Source: Bacteriovoracia bacterium (GTDB lineage: Bacteria > Bdellovibrionota > UBA1018 > CAIPTA01). From it: a stretch of 64,000 bases of DNA. The notes beneath the pieces were generated by a model. That model was not told where the DNA came from, searched no databases, and saw nothing but the letters and a program-made list of their open reading frames with translations. Positions 56,566 through 64,000 of this stretch are shown here, piece after piece. Numbering within the stretch: the first letter of the stretch is position 1; every line of letters begins with the position of its first letter. Made by a program: the position numbers and the translations under genes. The DNA is taken from NCBI GenBank assembly GCA_050246755.1, contig JBFWVL010000005.1:32001-96000 (forward strand). Direction: 5' to 3'.

Positions 56566-57633
56566 TTATCTAGAATCTACTAGATTTTTCTTCGCCACAA
56601 GCCCCGGGGTCAATTTTCGGTAACGCGCCGAGACTGTTTTGAATATAGTCTCGTTATCGGCCATTAAGTTGTCGGCCTGCATGAAGTCTTTTAGCGCATC
56701 GGGATTATCTTTAAGCCCAATATAGAATCCCATTTTATCCGGATAGGAACCCTGCTTTTCAGGAGCGGTGGAGGCCGGTGCCCGCTCGGTTTTCGGGGCT
56801 TCGGCCACCGCCGGCGGGTTTGGAGCGGAAGCCACCACGTTGGGAGCGGCAGGTTCGGTGGAAGGAGCCGTGGGGGCGGCGGCCACTTGGGAGCCGGTAT
56901 TTTTCCAGCTGTCTTTATAAAAAGCCATCGCCTCGCCCAGCATTTTCTGGCGAATCGCCACGGGAACCAAGTTTTCTGCGCGCTCCAGGCCATCGCGGAA
57001 ATCTTTATTGGGGATGCTCGCCTTGAAGGCTTGGAAACGCTGCTCTAGTTTTGAGTATAGTTCGGGGTCGTCGTAGGTGTACTGGGCATCGGTGGCGGCG
57101 GCGAGGTGCTTGAAAAATTCCTCCCGCTTCATGCCCGAGCGTTTTTCAAATTCTTCGGCCACGGCCGCGGTTTCGCCCTTGTACATAAAAGAAGGGTCGA
57201 GGCGGCTGAGGGTGGTAACGTTTTTTTTCCCGCTCACGCCGCTATCCTTATCGTTGGCGGCTAAGCCCTTCGCGCCGGTCACACCCGAAAGCAGGCCCGC
57301 CGTGTCCGCGGAGGTCATCAGCCCTTTGAGGCGCTTGGTTTTCGCCTCAAGGTCGTCGAGTTTCTCGGAATTGATGTAGTTGCCGTAAGCCTCGTATCCC
57401 TTGGAGATGGCACCTGGAATATTCAGGGCGGCGAGGTTCATGAACGCCTTCATCGCGTTCCGGTAGGCTTCATCTTGATCGTCGTCGGAACCACGGCGGT
57501 TGGTAGTGGAGGCGGTATGCTGCGCGTCGGCTTGGCTAATAGCGAATGCCAGGGGTGAAAATACGAGGCCAAGCCCCAGGGCGAAAATCGCCGGAGTTTG
57601 GATCGTTTTCCAAGCTTGAGAGTAGCTAGACAT
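56566..57633 (-). CDS. Secreted hypothetical protein with Pro/Ala linker
   Basis: Signal peptide ending AFA; RAPAS motif; IF--VS-RY C-terminus; start re-called at MSSYSQ. Confidence 0.72.
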   Translation of the reverse strand: MSSYSQAWKTIQTPAIFALGLGLVFSPLAFAISQADAQHTASTTNRRGSDDDQDEAYRNAMKAFMNLAALNIPGAISKGYEAYGNYINSEKLDDLEAKTKRLKGLMTSADTAGLLSGVTGAKGLAANDKDSGVSGKKNVTTLSRLDPSFMYKGETAAVAEEFEKRSGMKREEFFKHLAAATDAQYTYDDPELYSKLEQRFQAFKASIPNKDFRDGLERAENLVPVAIRQKMLGEAMAFYKDSWKNTGSQVAAAPTAPSTEPAAPNVVASAPNPPAVAEAPKTERAPASTAPEKQGSYPDKMGFYIGLKDNPDALKDFMQADNLMADNETIFKTVSARYRKLTPGLVAKKNLVDSR

Positions 57634-57652
57634 GAGTCCCCCAGAAAGGAAA

Positions 57653-57668
57653 TGCAAGACGGAGGCCC
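57653..57668 (-). promoter_or_regulatory. Sigma54 promoter
   Basis: GGGCCTCCGTCTTGCA (GG-N10-GC). Confidence 0.55.
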
Positions 57669-57712
57669 TTGGCTAAACCGTTAAATCTATTGGATCGAAA
57701 TTTGGAGAAAGC

Positions 57713-57745
57713 GCCTAACTTTTAGGCAGTGTTTAAACCTTGGCC
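57713..57745. promoter_or_regulatory. Tandem palindromic sites
   Basis: GCCTAA-CTT-TTAGGC followed by degenerate GTTTAA-ACC-TTGGCC; same geometry as 27290-27304. Confidence 0.5.
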
Positions 57746-57904
57746 AAAGGAGGAAGGTTTGACTCGCTGCGCTCTGTTGCTTTGTGGATGTCTTGTGGGC
57801 CGAATGTGAGTAAATGCAGGGGTTCTGCGGCTGAATATCCTTTTAGTAAATATTCTAGGTAGGGTATTAACAGAGTTCTAGCAAAAAAAGCCGCAGGAAG
57901 CGTA

Positions 57905-58276
57905 TTGATGATCGCCCAAAATAGGAAAATCCTCGTAGTGGAAGACGATGCCGGAATTCGCGAAAGCCTATTGGAGCTATTCGAAAGTGAAGGCTACGAA
58001 GTATTTCTAGCCGAGAATGGGCTCCGCGGGATCGAGATGATGCGCGATGTGCGGCCCTTCCTGGTTTTGCTGGATTTGATGATGCCCGTGATGGACGGAA
58101 GCGCATTTTTGGCGGACCTCGAAAAATCCACCGATAAAAAAGTGGCCGCCACGCCGGTGGTTCTGCTTACCGCCGCGGGCGCAAAGAATACGTCTGGCTG
58201 TAAAGTGAACGAAGTGCTCACCAAGCCCATCGATATCGAGGCCCTGCTCTCCGTGGCCGCTAAATACTGCGCTTAG
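57905..58276 (+). CDS. Single-domain response regulator (receiver)
   Basis: [22 protein letters not shown]. Confidence 0.9.
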   Translation: MMIAQNRKILVVEDDAGIRESLLELFESEGYEVFLAENGLRGIEMMRDVRPFLVLLDLMMPVMDGSAFLADLEKSTDKKVAATPVVLLTAAGAKNTSGCKVNEVLTKPIDIEALLSVAAKYCA

Positions 58277-58947
58277 CTTTCTCCCTGGATCAGCGCGTTC
58301 GCCCGCGAGAAAACCCGGTCGAACATCGGCTCGGTCAGCCGCTTGGTAAATGTATTTTGTTGGCTTGGATGGTAAGAGAGCAGCAGCGTGCGCCCTCCGC
58401 CCAGCTTCGTTTCGCGCCCGTGGCCGAAGTCCGGCCTTTTTTTTCCGCCGCCGATTTTCGGCCAGAGCGCGGCTAAGGCGATTTGTCCGAGCGCAAGGTA
58501 TACCTTCGCCGAGCGCAGCGCCTCGAGCTCTCTTACCAAGTAGCCGGCGCAATTTCCTATCTCTTCCGGCGTGGGTTTGTTGTCGGGTGGCGCGCAGTGC
58601 GCGGTAGCGGAAATCCAGGCGCCACGAAGCTTCAAGCCGTCCTGCGCGGAGGTGGCCTCCGGCTGATTGGCGAATCCGGCCTTATGGAGCGCGCGGTAGA
58701 GCCACTCGCCGGACCGGTCCCCGGTGAACATTCTTCCCGTGCGATTCGCGCCGTGTGCGGCCGGAGCCAGGCCCACGATCACCAGGCCCGCATTTGGGTC
58801 TCCCCAGGAAGGAACGGGAAGTCCCCAGTATTTTTCTCCAGCAAAGGCCGCGCGCTTTTCGATGGCTATTTTCTGGCAATGCGCGAGGAGGCGCGGGCAG
58901 CGTTGGCAAGCCACGATCTCTCGCTGAATTTTTTCTAAGGCAGTCAC
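58273..58947 (-). CDS. Uracil-DNA glycosylase family 5 (UdgB-type, Fe-S)
   Basis: [40 protein letters not shown]. Confidence 0.93.
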   Translation of the reverse strand: MTALEKIQREIVACQRCPRLLAHCQKIAIEKRAAFAGEKYWGLPVPSWGDPNAGLVIVGLAPAAHGANRTGRMFTGDRSGEWLYRALHKAGFANQPEATSAQDGLKLRGAWISATAHCAPPDNKPTPEEIGNCAGYLVRELEALRSAKVYLALGQIALAALWPKIGGGKKRPDFGHGRETKLGGGRTLLLSYHPSQQNTFTKRLTEPMFDRVFSRANALIQGES

Positions 58948-59067
58948 GGGTACCCAAGCGGAATATTTGCCCCACCATGGAGCAGAGGAAACACGCTCAG
59001 TATGCCATAGCTTTTGGAGTTCTCGAATTATCCGGTTCGGCGCGGGGCATTGTGGGACATAAGGGCC

Positions 59068-59083
59068 TGGTGAGCCTCTTGCA
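59068..59083 (+). promoter_or_regulatory. Sigma54-like promoter
   Basis: TGGTGAGCCTCTTGCA (GG-N10-GC). Confidence 0.5.
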
Positions 59084-59135
59084 GTCTCCGACGATAGATG
59101 AATTCGCTCATCGATTATTTAAAAAAGGAGCCTGT

Positions 59136-59408
59136 ATGAAACGCGCAGTTGGATTGGTATTTGGAATGGTGGCCGTCGGTGTTTTGCTCGATCGCGCCCG
59201 TTTAGCCGCAAAAGCCTATGCCGGAGTGAAGAAGATGGAGCCTGACTACGCCGGTAATTACGACATCGATGGTGTGTCCTACGATTCTCACGATAAAAAA
59301 GTGGTGGTGGGATCCGATAGCCGCGTGAAAGCGCCTTCCCTCACGAGCGGAAGGCACCAGATTGAATGCGGGGAAAAGCACGAAAAACGCGCAGGCCCCG
59401 CCGCTTAG
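59136..59408 (+). CDS. Small hypothetical protein with N-terminal hydrophobic segment
   Basis: SD AAGGAG, ATG 59136, 90 aa. Confidence 0.6.
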   Translation: MKRAVGLVFGMVAVGVLLDRARLAAKAYAGVKKMEPDYAGNYDIDGVSYDSHDKKVVVGSDSRVKAPSLTSGRHQIECGEKHEKRAGPAA

Positions 59409-61177
59409 TCGGCGGCGTATTCACGACGGGCGGCACGGAGCAGGGTAAAATCTTGCTCCTCTTTTCGCAGCAGCGCATTTTCCACCACCAAGAGCTCAAT
59501 TCCCGAGCCGAGAAAACAGCGAAACGCGTCTTCGGGGGAAGTCACGATCGGTTCTCCACGCACGTTAAAACTCGTATTGATCAAGACCGGGCAGCCGGTT
59601 CTCGCAAAAAATAAGGTGAGCAGGCGGTGAAAGCGCGGATGCGTTTGCGCCGACACGGTTTGCAGCCGGGCCGACTGATCCACGTGGGTCACGGCGGGAA
59701 TTTGTCCGCGGTACTCCGGTTTCACTTCCGCGGTGAACATCATATAGGGGCTAGTTTTTTCCCAGGCGAACCACTTGTTCGCTTCTTCTTCGAGCACCGC
59801 CGGTGCGAAGGGACGAAACGATTCGCGGAACTTCACTTTCCTATTGAGCACGCTTTGCATCGCGGGGGAGCGGGGATCGGCGAGAATAGACCTGGCGCCG
59901 AGGGCCCGTGGGCCAAATTCCATGCGTCCTTGAACCCAGCCCACGGCTTTACCGCACACCAGCGCATTCACCGTTTCTTCGAGCAAGGCTTCTTCGGGCA
60001 ATCGATGAAAGCGGGCTCCTTCTGCTGCCAGCCGCTCGGCCACCTCGGCTTCGCTGTAAGAAGGGCCGAGCAGGGAGCCGCTCATCGAGTCCGCGCGGTT
60101 CACGCGCCGGGGCTGTTTCAGGTAAAGATAGTTTGCGGTCAGCGCGGCGCCCACGGCTCCGCCGGCGTCCCCGGCTGCCGGCTGCACCCAAATATTTTCA
60201 AAAATTCCCGCGCGCGCCAGCTTGCCATTCGCCACGCAGTTGAGCGCCACTCCACCCGCGAGGCAGAGATTTTTCATTTTGGTTTCTTGGGCCAGCGCCT
60301 TCGCGATCCGCAGTACTACTTCTTCAGTTACCGCCTGCACCGAGGCGGCGAGGTCCATGTGAGCCTGGGTAAGGGGGGATTCCGGAATTCGCGGCGCCAT
60401 TCCGAATAAAGTGGCGAAGCGGGCATTGGTCATGGAATCGCTGGTGCAGTACGAAAAATATTCCTGGTGAAGCCGGAAAGATCCATCGGGCTTGAGGTCG
60501 ATCAATTTTTCCAGGATCAGGTTCCGGTAGACTGGTTGGCCCAAAGGGGCGAGACCCATCACCTTGTATTCGCCCGAGTTCACGCGGAACCCGAGAAAAG
60601 CCGTAAAGGCGGCGTAGAGCAGGCCGAGGGAATGCGGGAAGTGAATTTCCTTCAGCACGCGCAGATCCGCCCCCGTTCCGATCGCCACGGAAGAAGTGGT
60701 CCATTCGCCCACGCCGTCGAGGGTAAGCACCGCGGCTTCGCCGAAGGGCGAAGGGAAAAAAGCGGAAGCGGCGTGGCTTAGGTGGTGCTCGGAGAAAAGC
60801 AGCTTCGTGCGCCAGTTGAATTCGGGATCGATGCGCTCGAATTCCTTTCCGAGGAGGTGTTTTTGGAAAAGCTTTTCCTTGATCCACGCCGGAAAGCTTT
60901 CCCGGAAGGAAGCGAAACCGCGCGGGGCCGTGGCGAGGTAGGTTTCCAGCAGTCTTTCGAATTTCAGAAAAGGCTTGTCGTAGAAAGCTACGTAGTCGAG
61001 CTCACTCAGCCGAATTCCACCTTCGCGCAGGCAGTAGGCGATGGCGTGGAGCGGAATGCGAGAATCGTGCTTCACGCGGGTGAAACGTTCTTCCTGGGCC
61101 GCGGCCACGATTTCTCCCTCTACCAGCAGCGCGGCGGCACTATCGTGGTAAAGGCCGGAGATTCCGAGGATCTTCAT
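59405..61177 (-). CDS. O-carbamoyltransferase (CmcH/NodU family; SxtI-like)
   Basis: HDSAA, EERF-R-KH, HH-SHAASAF, GEYKVMGLAP, GGVALN, EFGPRALG-RS, NTSFN--GEP. Confidence 0.95.
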   Translation of the reverse strand: MKILGISGLYHDSAAALLVEGEIVAAAQEERFTRVKHDSRIPLHAIAYCLREGGIRLSELDYVAFYDKPFLKFERLLETYLATAPRGFASFRESFPAWIKEKLFQKHLLGKEFERIDPEFNWRTKLLFSEHHLSHAASAFFPSPFGEAAVLTLDGVGEWTTSSVAIGTGADLRVLKEIHFPHSLGLLYAAFTAFLGFRVNSGEYKVMGLAPLGQPVYRNLILEKLIDLKPDGSFRLHQEYFSYCTSDSMTNARFATLFGMAPRIPESPLTQAHMDLAASVQAVTEEVVLRIAKALAQETKMKNLCLAGGVALNCVANGKLARAGIFENIWVQPAAGDAGGAVGAALTANYLYLKQPRRVNRADSMSGSLLGPSYSEAEVAERLAAEGARFHRLPEEALLEETVNALVCGKAVGWVQGRMEFGPRALGARSILADPRSPAMQSVLNRKVKFRESFRPFAPAVLEEEANKWFAWEKTSPYMMFTAEVKPEYRGQIPAVTHVDQSARLQTVSAQTHPRFHRLLTLFFARTGCPVLINTSFNVRGEPIVTSPEDAFRCFLGSGIELLVVENALLRKEEQDFTLLRAARREYAAD

Positions 61178-61209
61178 GGGAAAGTTTTAACAGGGCGGCA
61201 TTCGGAAAG

Positions 61210-61359
61210 CTAAAACAACGTATAAATAAACGGCGACACCGCCGTGCCGCCCGCGAACACGATGAGGAATCCCATCACTAGGCTCACCACGATGATCGGC
61301 AACAGGAAAAGTTTTTTTCGCGTTTTCGCAAATTCCCAAAGCTCGGAAAAAAAATTCAT
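61210..61359 (-). CDS. DUF5989/SxtK-like 49-aa membrane peptide (not in ORF track)
   Basis: MNFFSELWEFAKTRKKLFLLPIIVVSLVMGFLIVFAGGTAVSPFIYTLF; SD GGGAG; lies between the SxtJ-like and carbamoyltransferase genes. Confidence 0.85.
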   Translation of the reverse strand: MNFFSELWEFAKTRKKLFLLPIIVVSLVMGFLIVFAGGTAVSPFIYTLF

Positions 61360-61369
61360 TTCGTCTCCC

Positions 61370-61780
61370 TTAAAATTGGCGGTTCAGGTGCACGCCGGGG
61401 TTGGTATCCCCTTCGCGGGGGATCCAGTAAGAGGGAGCTCCGGGATCGGTTTTCCGGCGCAGGGGATCCTGGCGAAAAAAACGCTGGACCAAGCCAAAGG
61501 GCGTGAACAAGAAAAAATAAACCGCGCCGAGCGCCACCGGGCTCACGATGCGCTGGAGCAAGCGCCCAAATGCCAGCCATAGCCGATGGAGAGTTCCCAG
61601 GCTGGAAGGTTTTACCAGCGCCAGGAACACGAAGGCTAGGGCCACCCATAACCAAGGCAAGCGCGGGCTGCCGTGCCTCCACCAGGGAAGGAGCCCCAGG
61701 AGGGTAAAAAAAATGCCCATCACGAGGCCGAAGGCTTGGTCGGAGGATTTCGGTTCGTTTTCGGCGCGGTGGAGGCTCAT
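61370..61780 (-). CDS. SxtJ-family membrane protein
   Basis: FG, P--L--L---W--FG--L---VSP--LG-VYF---TP-G, DPL, SYWI-R, QF end. Confidence 0.85.
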   Translation of the reverse strand: MSLHRAENEPKSSDQAFGLVMGIFFTLLGLLPWWRHGSPRLPWLWVALAFVFLALVKPSSLGTLHRLWLAFGRLLQRIVSPVALGAVYFFLFTPFGLVQRFFRQDPLRRKTDPGAPSYWIPREGDTNPGVHLNRQF

Positions 61781-61887
61781 TTCTCCTAGGTTAGTCAGGA
61801 ATTCCCTACTTGGCTATAGCGCATGGCGGCGCGATGGGCTTGCTTATGGCTTCACAGCTTCCGCGAAGTGATTTATCGTTTCCCTCT

Positions 61888-63354
61888 ATGCAAAATCGGG
61901 AAACAGTTGCCTGCGATAATTTTATCGCGGGAAAGTGGGTTAAGGGCGCAGCGGGCGAGCGGGAAATTTTCTCCGCCCAAGACGGAACGAAGCTCGGTAC
62001 CTACAGCATTCCTTCCGCCGCTCAGGTAGACGAGGCGATCGCCTTCGCCGCCAAAGCCCAAAAAGAATGGGGAGCGCTTCCCATTAAGGAAAGATCCAAA
62101 GTTCTCTTCCACGCGCGGAATATACTCCAGCGCGAAGCCGACGCGATTTCCACGCTCAAAGGCTCCGAGTGCGGAAAAACTTTCGACGAAGGCAAAGCCG
62201 GCCTCATGAAGGGCATCGAAGTTTTGGAATACGCGCTCTCTATCCAGAATCTAGATCTCGGCGGCAAAGTAGAAGTTTCCCGCGGGGTAACCTGCGAGTT
62301 TCGCCGCGAAGCCCTCGGCGTGGTGGCCAGCATCACGCCCTTTAATTTCCCGGCCATGGTGCCGATGTGGACGATTCCCATCGCGATCGCGCTCGGTAAC
62401 GCCTATATCTGGAAGCCTTCGGAAAAAACCCCGCTCACCGCGCGGAAAATCGCCGAGGCTTTCGCCGAAGCCGGCCTCCCTCCCGGTATTCTCACCGTGC
62501 TTCACGGCACCGCCGATACGGTGAACCAGATCCTCGATCATGCCACCGTGAAGGCCGCCGCCTTCGTGGGTTCCACCAAGGTTGCGAAGCTCGTGTACCA
62601 ACGCGGAACCCAAGCCGGGAAACGGGTGCTTGCCCTCGGCGGCGCGAAGAACCATATTATTTTATTGCCCGACGCGAACCTCGAGCTGAGCGGCCCGGGA
62701 ATTTCCGATTCCTTCACGGGCTGTGCCGGCCAGCGGTGCATGGCCGCCTCGGTGGTGCTCGCCGTGGGAGATGTGGACGAGCATATCGCGCGCATCGTGA
62801 AGCGGGCGAGCTCCCTTACCATGGGGAAAGATCTCGGGGCGATCATCAGCCCGGAGCAGGTGGAGTTTTTGAAAGGCGCGATCGATCGGGCCGAGAAGGC
62901 GGGCGCGAAGGTGCTCCTCGATGGGCGCAAGGCCCGGCCGCCTAAAGAGCTCGAGGGCGGAAATTGGATCGGCCCCACCGTGCTCGATAACGTGAAGCCC
63001 GGATCGGAAGCCGCCACGGTGGAATTGTTCGGCCCGGTGCTGAGCATCGTGCGCTGCAAAGATCTTTCGCACGCGCTCGAGATCGAAAAATCTTGCGACT
63101 ACGGAAATGCCTGCAGCGTATTTACCTCGAGCGGCCCTCTCGCCGAGCGCGTGGCGCGCGAAGCCACCGCCGGGATGGTGGGCGTGAACGTGGGCGTGCC
63201 GGTTCCCCGCGAGCCCTTCTCGTTCGGCGGAATCAACGCCTCCAAATTCGGCCACGGAGATATCACTGGCGCGCATTCGCTGGATTTCTGGTCGAACCTG
63301 AAAAAAATTACGGTGAAATGGGAAAAACAAACCGAATCCAACTGGATGTCCTAG
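61888..63354 (+). CDS. mmsA: CoA-acylating (methyl)malonate-semialdehyde dehydrogenase
   Basis: ITPFNFPAMVPMW, KPSE, FVGST, LGGAKNH, GCAGQRCMA, E-FGPVL, GMVGVNVGVPVP; start re-called at MQNRE. Confidence 0.9.
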   Translation: MQNRETVACDNFIAGKWVKGAAGEREIFSAQDGTKLGTYSIPSAAQVDEAIAFAAKAQKEWGALPIKERSKVLFHARNILQREADAISTLKGSECGKTFDEGKAGLMKGIEVLEYALSIQNLDLGGKVEVSRGVTCEFRREALGVVASITPFNFPAMVPMWTIPIAIALGNAYIWKPSEKTPLTARKIAEAFAEAGLPPGILTVLHGTADTVNQILDHATVKAAAFVGSTKVAKLVYQRGTQAGKRVLALGGAKNHIILLPDANLELSGPGISDSFTGCAGQRCMAASVVLAVGDVDEHIARIVKRASSLTMGKDLGAIISPEQVEFLKGAIDRAEKAGAKVLLDGRKARPPKELEGGNWIGPTVLDNVKPGSEAATVELFGPVLSIVRCKDLSHALEIEKSCDYGNACSVFTSSGPLAERVAREATAGMVGVNVGVPVPREPFSFGGINASKFGHGDITGAHSLDFWSNLKKITVKWEKQTESNWMS

Positions 63355-63357
63355 CTT

Positions 63358-64000
63358 ATGAACAAACTCGAACCCAAAAAACGCTCGAACCACGTGATCC
63401 TCGCCTCGCATTCGAACTTCCGCTACAAAACTTCTTTGCCCATCAAATGGGGCGCCCGAGATCCCCTGGAGCGCGGGCCGGTGGTAGCTTCGCTCACCGA
63501 TCCAAAGGCCCGCAACGCGATCGGCACCCACAGCGGGAGTTATACGGTATACCGCGCGCTTTCGATCGCCAGCGGGAAGTTCGCGTCCACGCATAAACCC
63601 GATTTGCACAATACCCAGAGCCCCGTGAAGCTCGGCCCTTATCCGCAATGGTTCGATCCCAAGAAAATCGTTTCGCTGGATCCCTGGGGCCTCGATCCGC
63701 AGATCCATTTCAAAAAGCTCTACGAGAAGGGCCTCGATATCCGCCCCTCGATTTCGGTAACCCAGGCGCATCTGCAGATTCCCGAATTGGAAGACGCGAT
63801 CGCGAAGGGGCGGCTGAAGAAAGACGGAAAAATCATTCGCGAGAGCGGGGATATCTGCGTAACCAAAGTGGCGCTCGATCCCGTTTGGTACCTTCCGGGG
63901 ATCGCCGAACGGCTCAAGGTTACCGAAGGGGAGCTACGCCGTTTGCTGTTCCAGGAAACGGGCGGGATGTATTCCGATCTGATCACGCGGCCCGACCTTA
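63358..64000 (+). CDS. URC1-like GTP cyclohydrolase II-family protein (GTP_CH_N domain), truncated by window end
   Basis: Own translation: I-WGA-DP-ERGPVVAS...RNAIGTHSGSY-VYRAL...KIVSLDPWG...DIRPSI...PVWYLPGIAER...LF--TGGMY-DLITRPDL. Confidence 0.85.
   Translation, partial: MNKLEPKKRSNHVILASHSNFRYKTSLPIKWGARDPLERGPVVASLTDPKARNAIGTHSGSYTVYRALSIASGKFASTHKPDLHNTQSPVKLGPYPQWFDPKKIVSLDPWGLDPQIHFKKLYEKGLDIRPSISVTQAHLQIPELEDAIAKGRLKKDGKIIRESGDICVTKVALDPVWYLPGIAERLKVTEGELRRLLFQETGGMYSDLITRPDL

Noticed and set aside
59405-61780. Saxitoxin biosynthesis
   Set aside because: No sxtA/sxtG or other core genes; sxtIJK-like genes are widespread

Overview
Chromosomal window of a GC-rich Gram-negative bacterium. 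The gene mix (many orphan secreted Cys-containing proteins, a stand-alone FliA-type sigma factor, an RRM protein, an sxtIJK-like trio, a eukaryote-type full-length ABCC transporter) suggests Bdellovibrionota/Oligoflexia, which is an inference. About 60 CDSs are present, including housekeeping and transport genes (murF, lgt-like, kup, btuB-tonB with a cobalamin riboswitch, yebC, family-5 UDG, an amino-sugar cluster, MoxR-DUF58-transglutaminase, mmsA plus URC1-like). I saw no rRNA, tRNA, CRISPR array, integrase or transposase. The main unexplained signals are: (1) two tandem secreted paralogues with diverged N-termini but a ~320-bp near-identical tail encoding a peptidoglycan-binding-like domain; (2) sigma28-type promoters, three of them placed to give leaderless mRNAs, plus a set of sigma54 promoters, one driving the orphan fliA, some with a shared palindromic upstream site; (3) two unlinked tiny lipoproteins with Thr/Val-alternating tails and the same variant promoter, one beside a Cys-type lgt paralogue; (4) a self-contained ~180-nt structured transcript with an 18-codon ORF and SD/anti-SD pairing; (5) a GGA-loop sRNA candidate; (6) an orphan alternative C-terminus behind a DUF1640-like gene; (7) a PAS pseudo-histidine kinase and one frameshifted gene. 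All calls come from reading motifs by eye; no searches were run.
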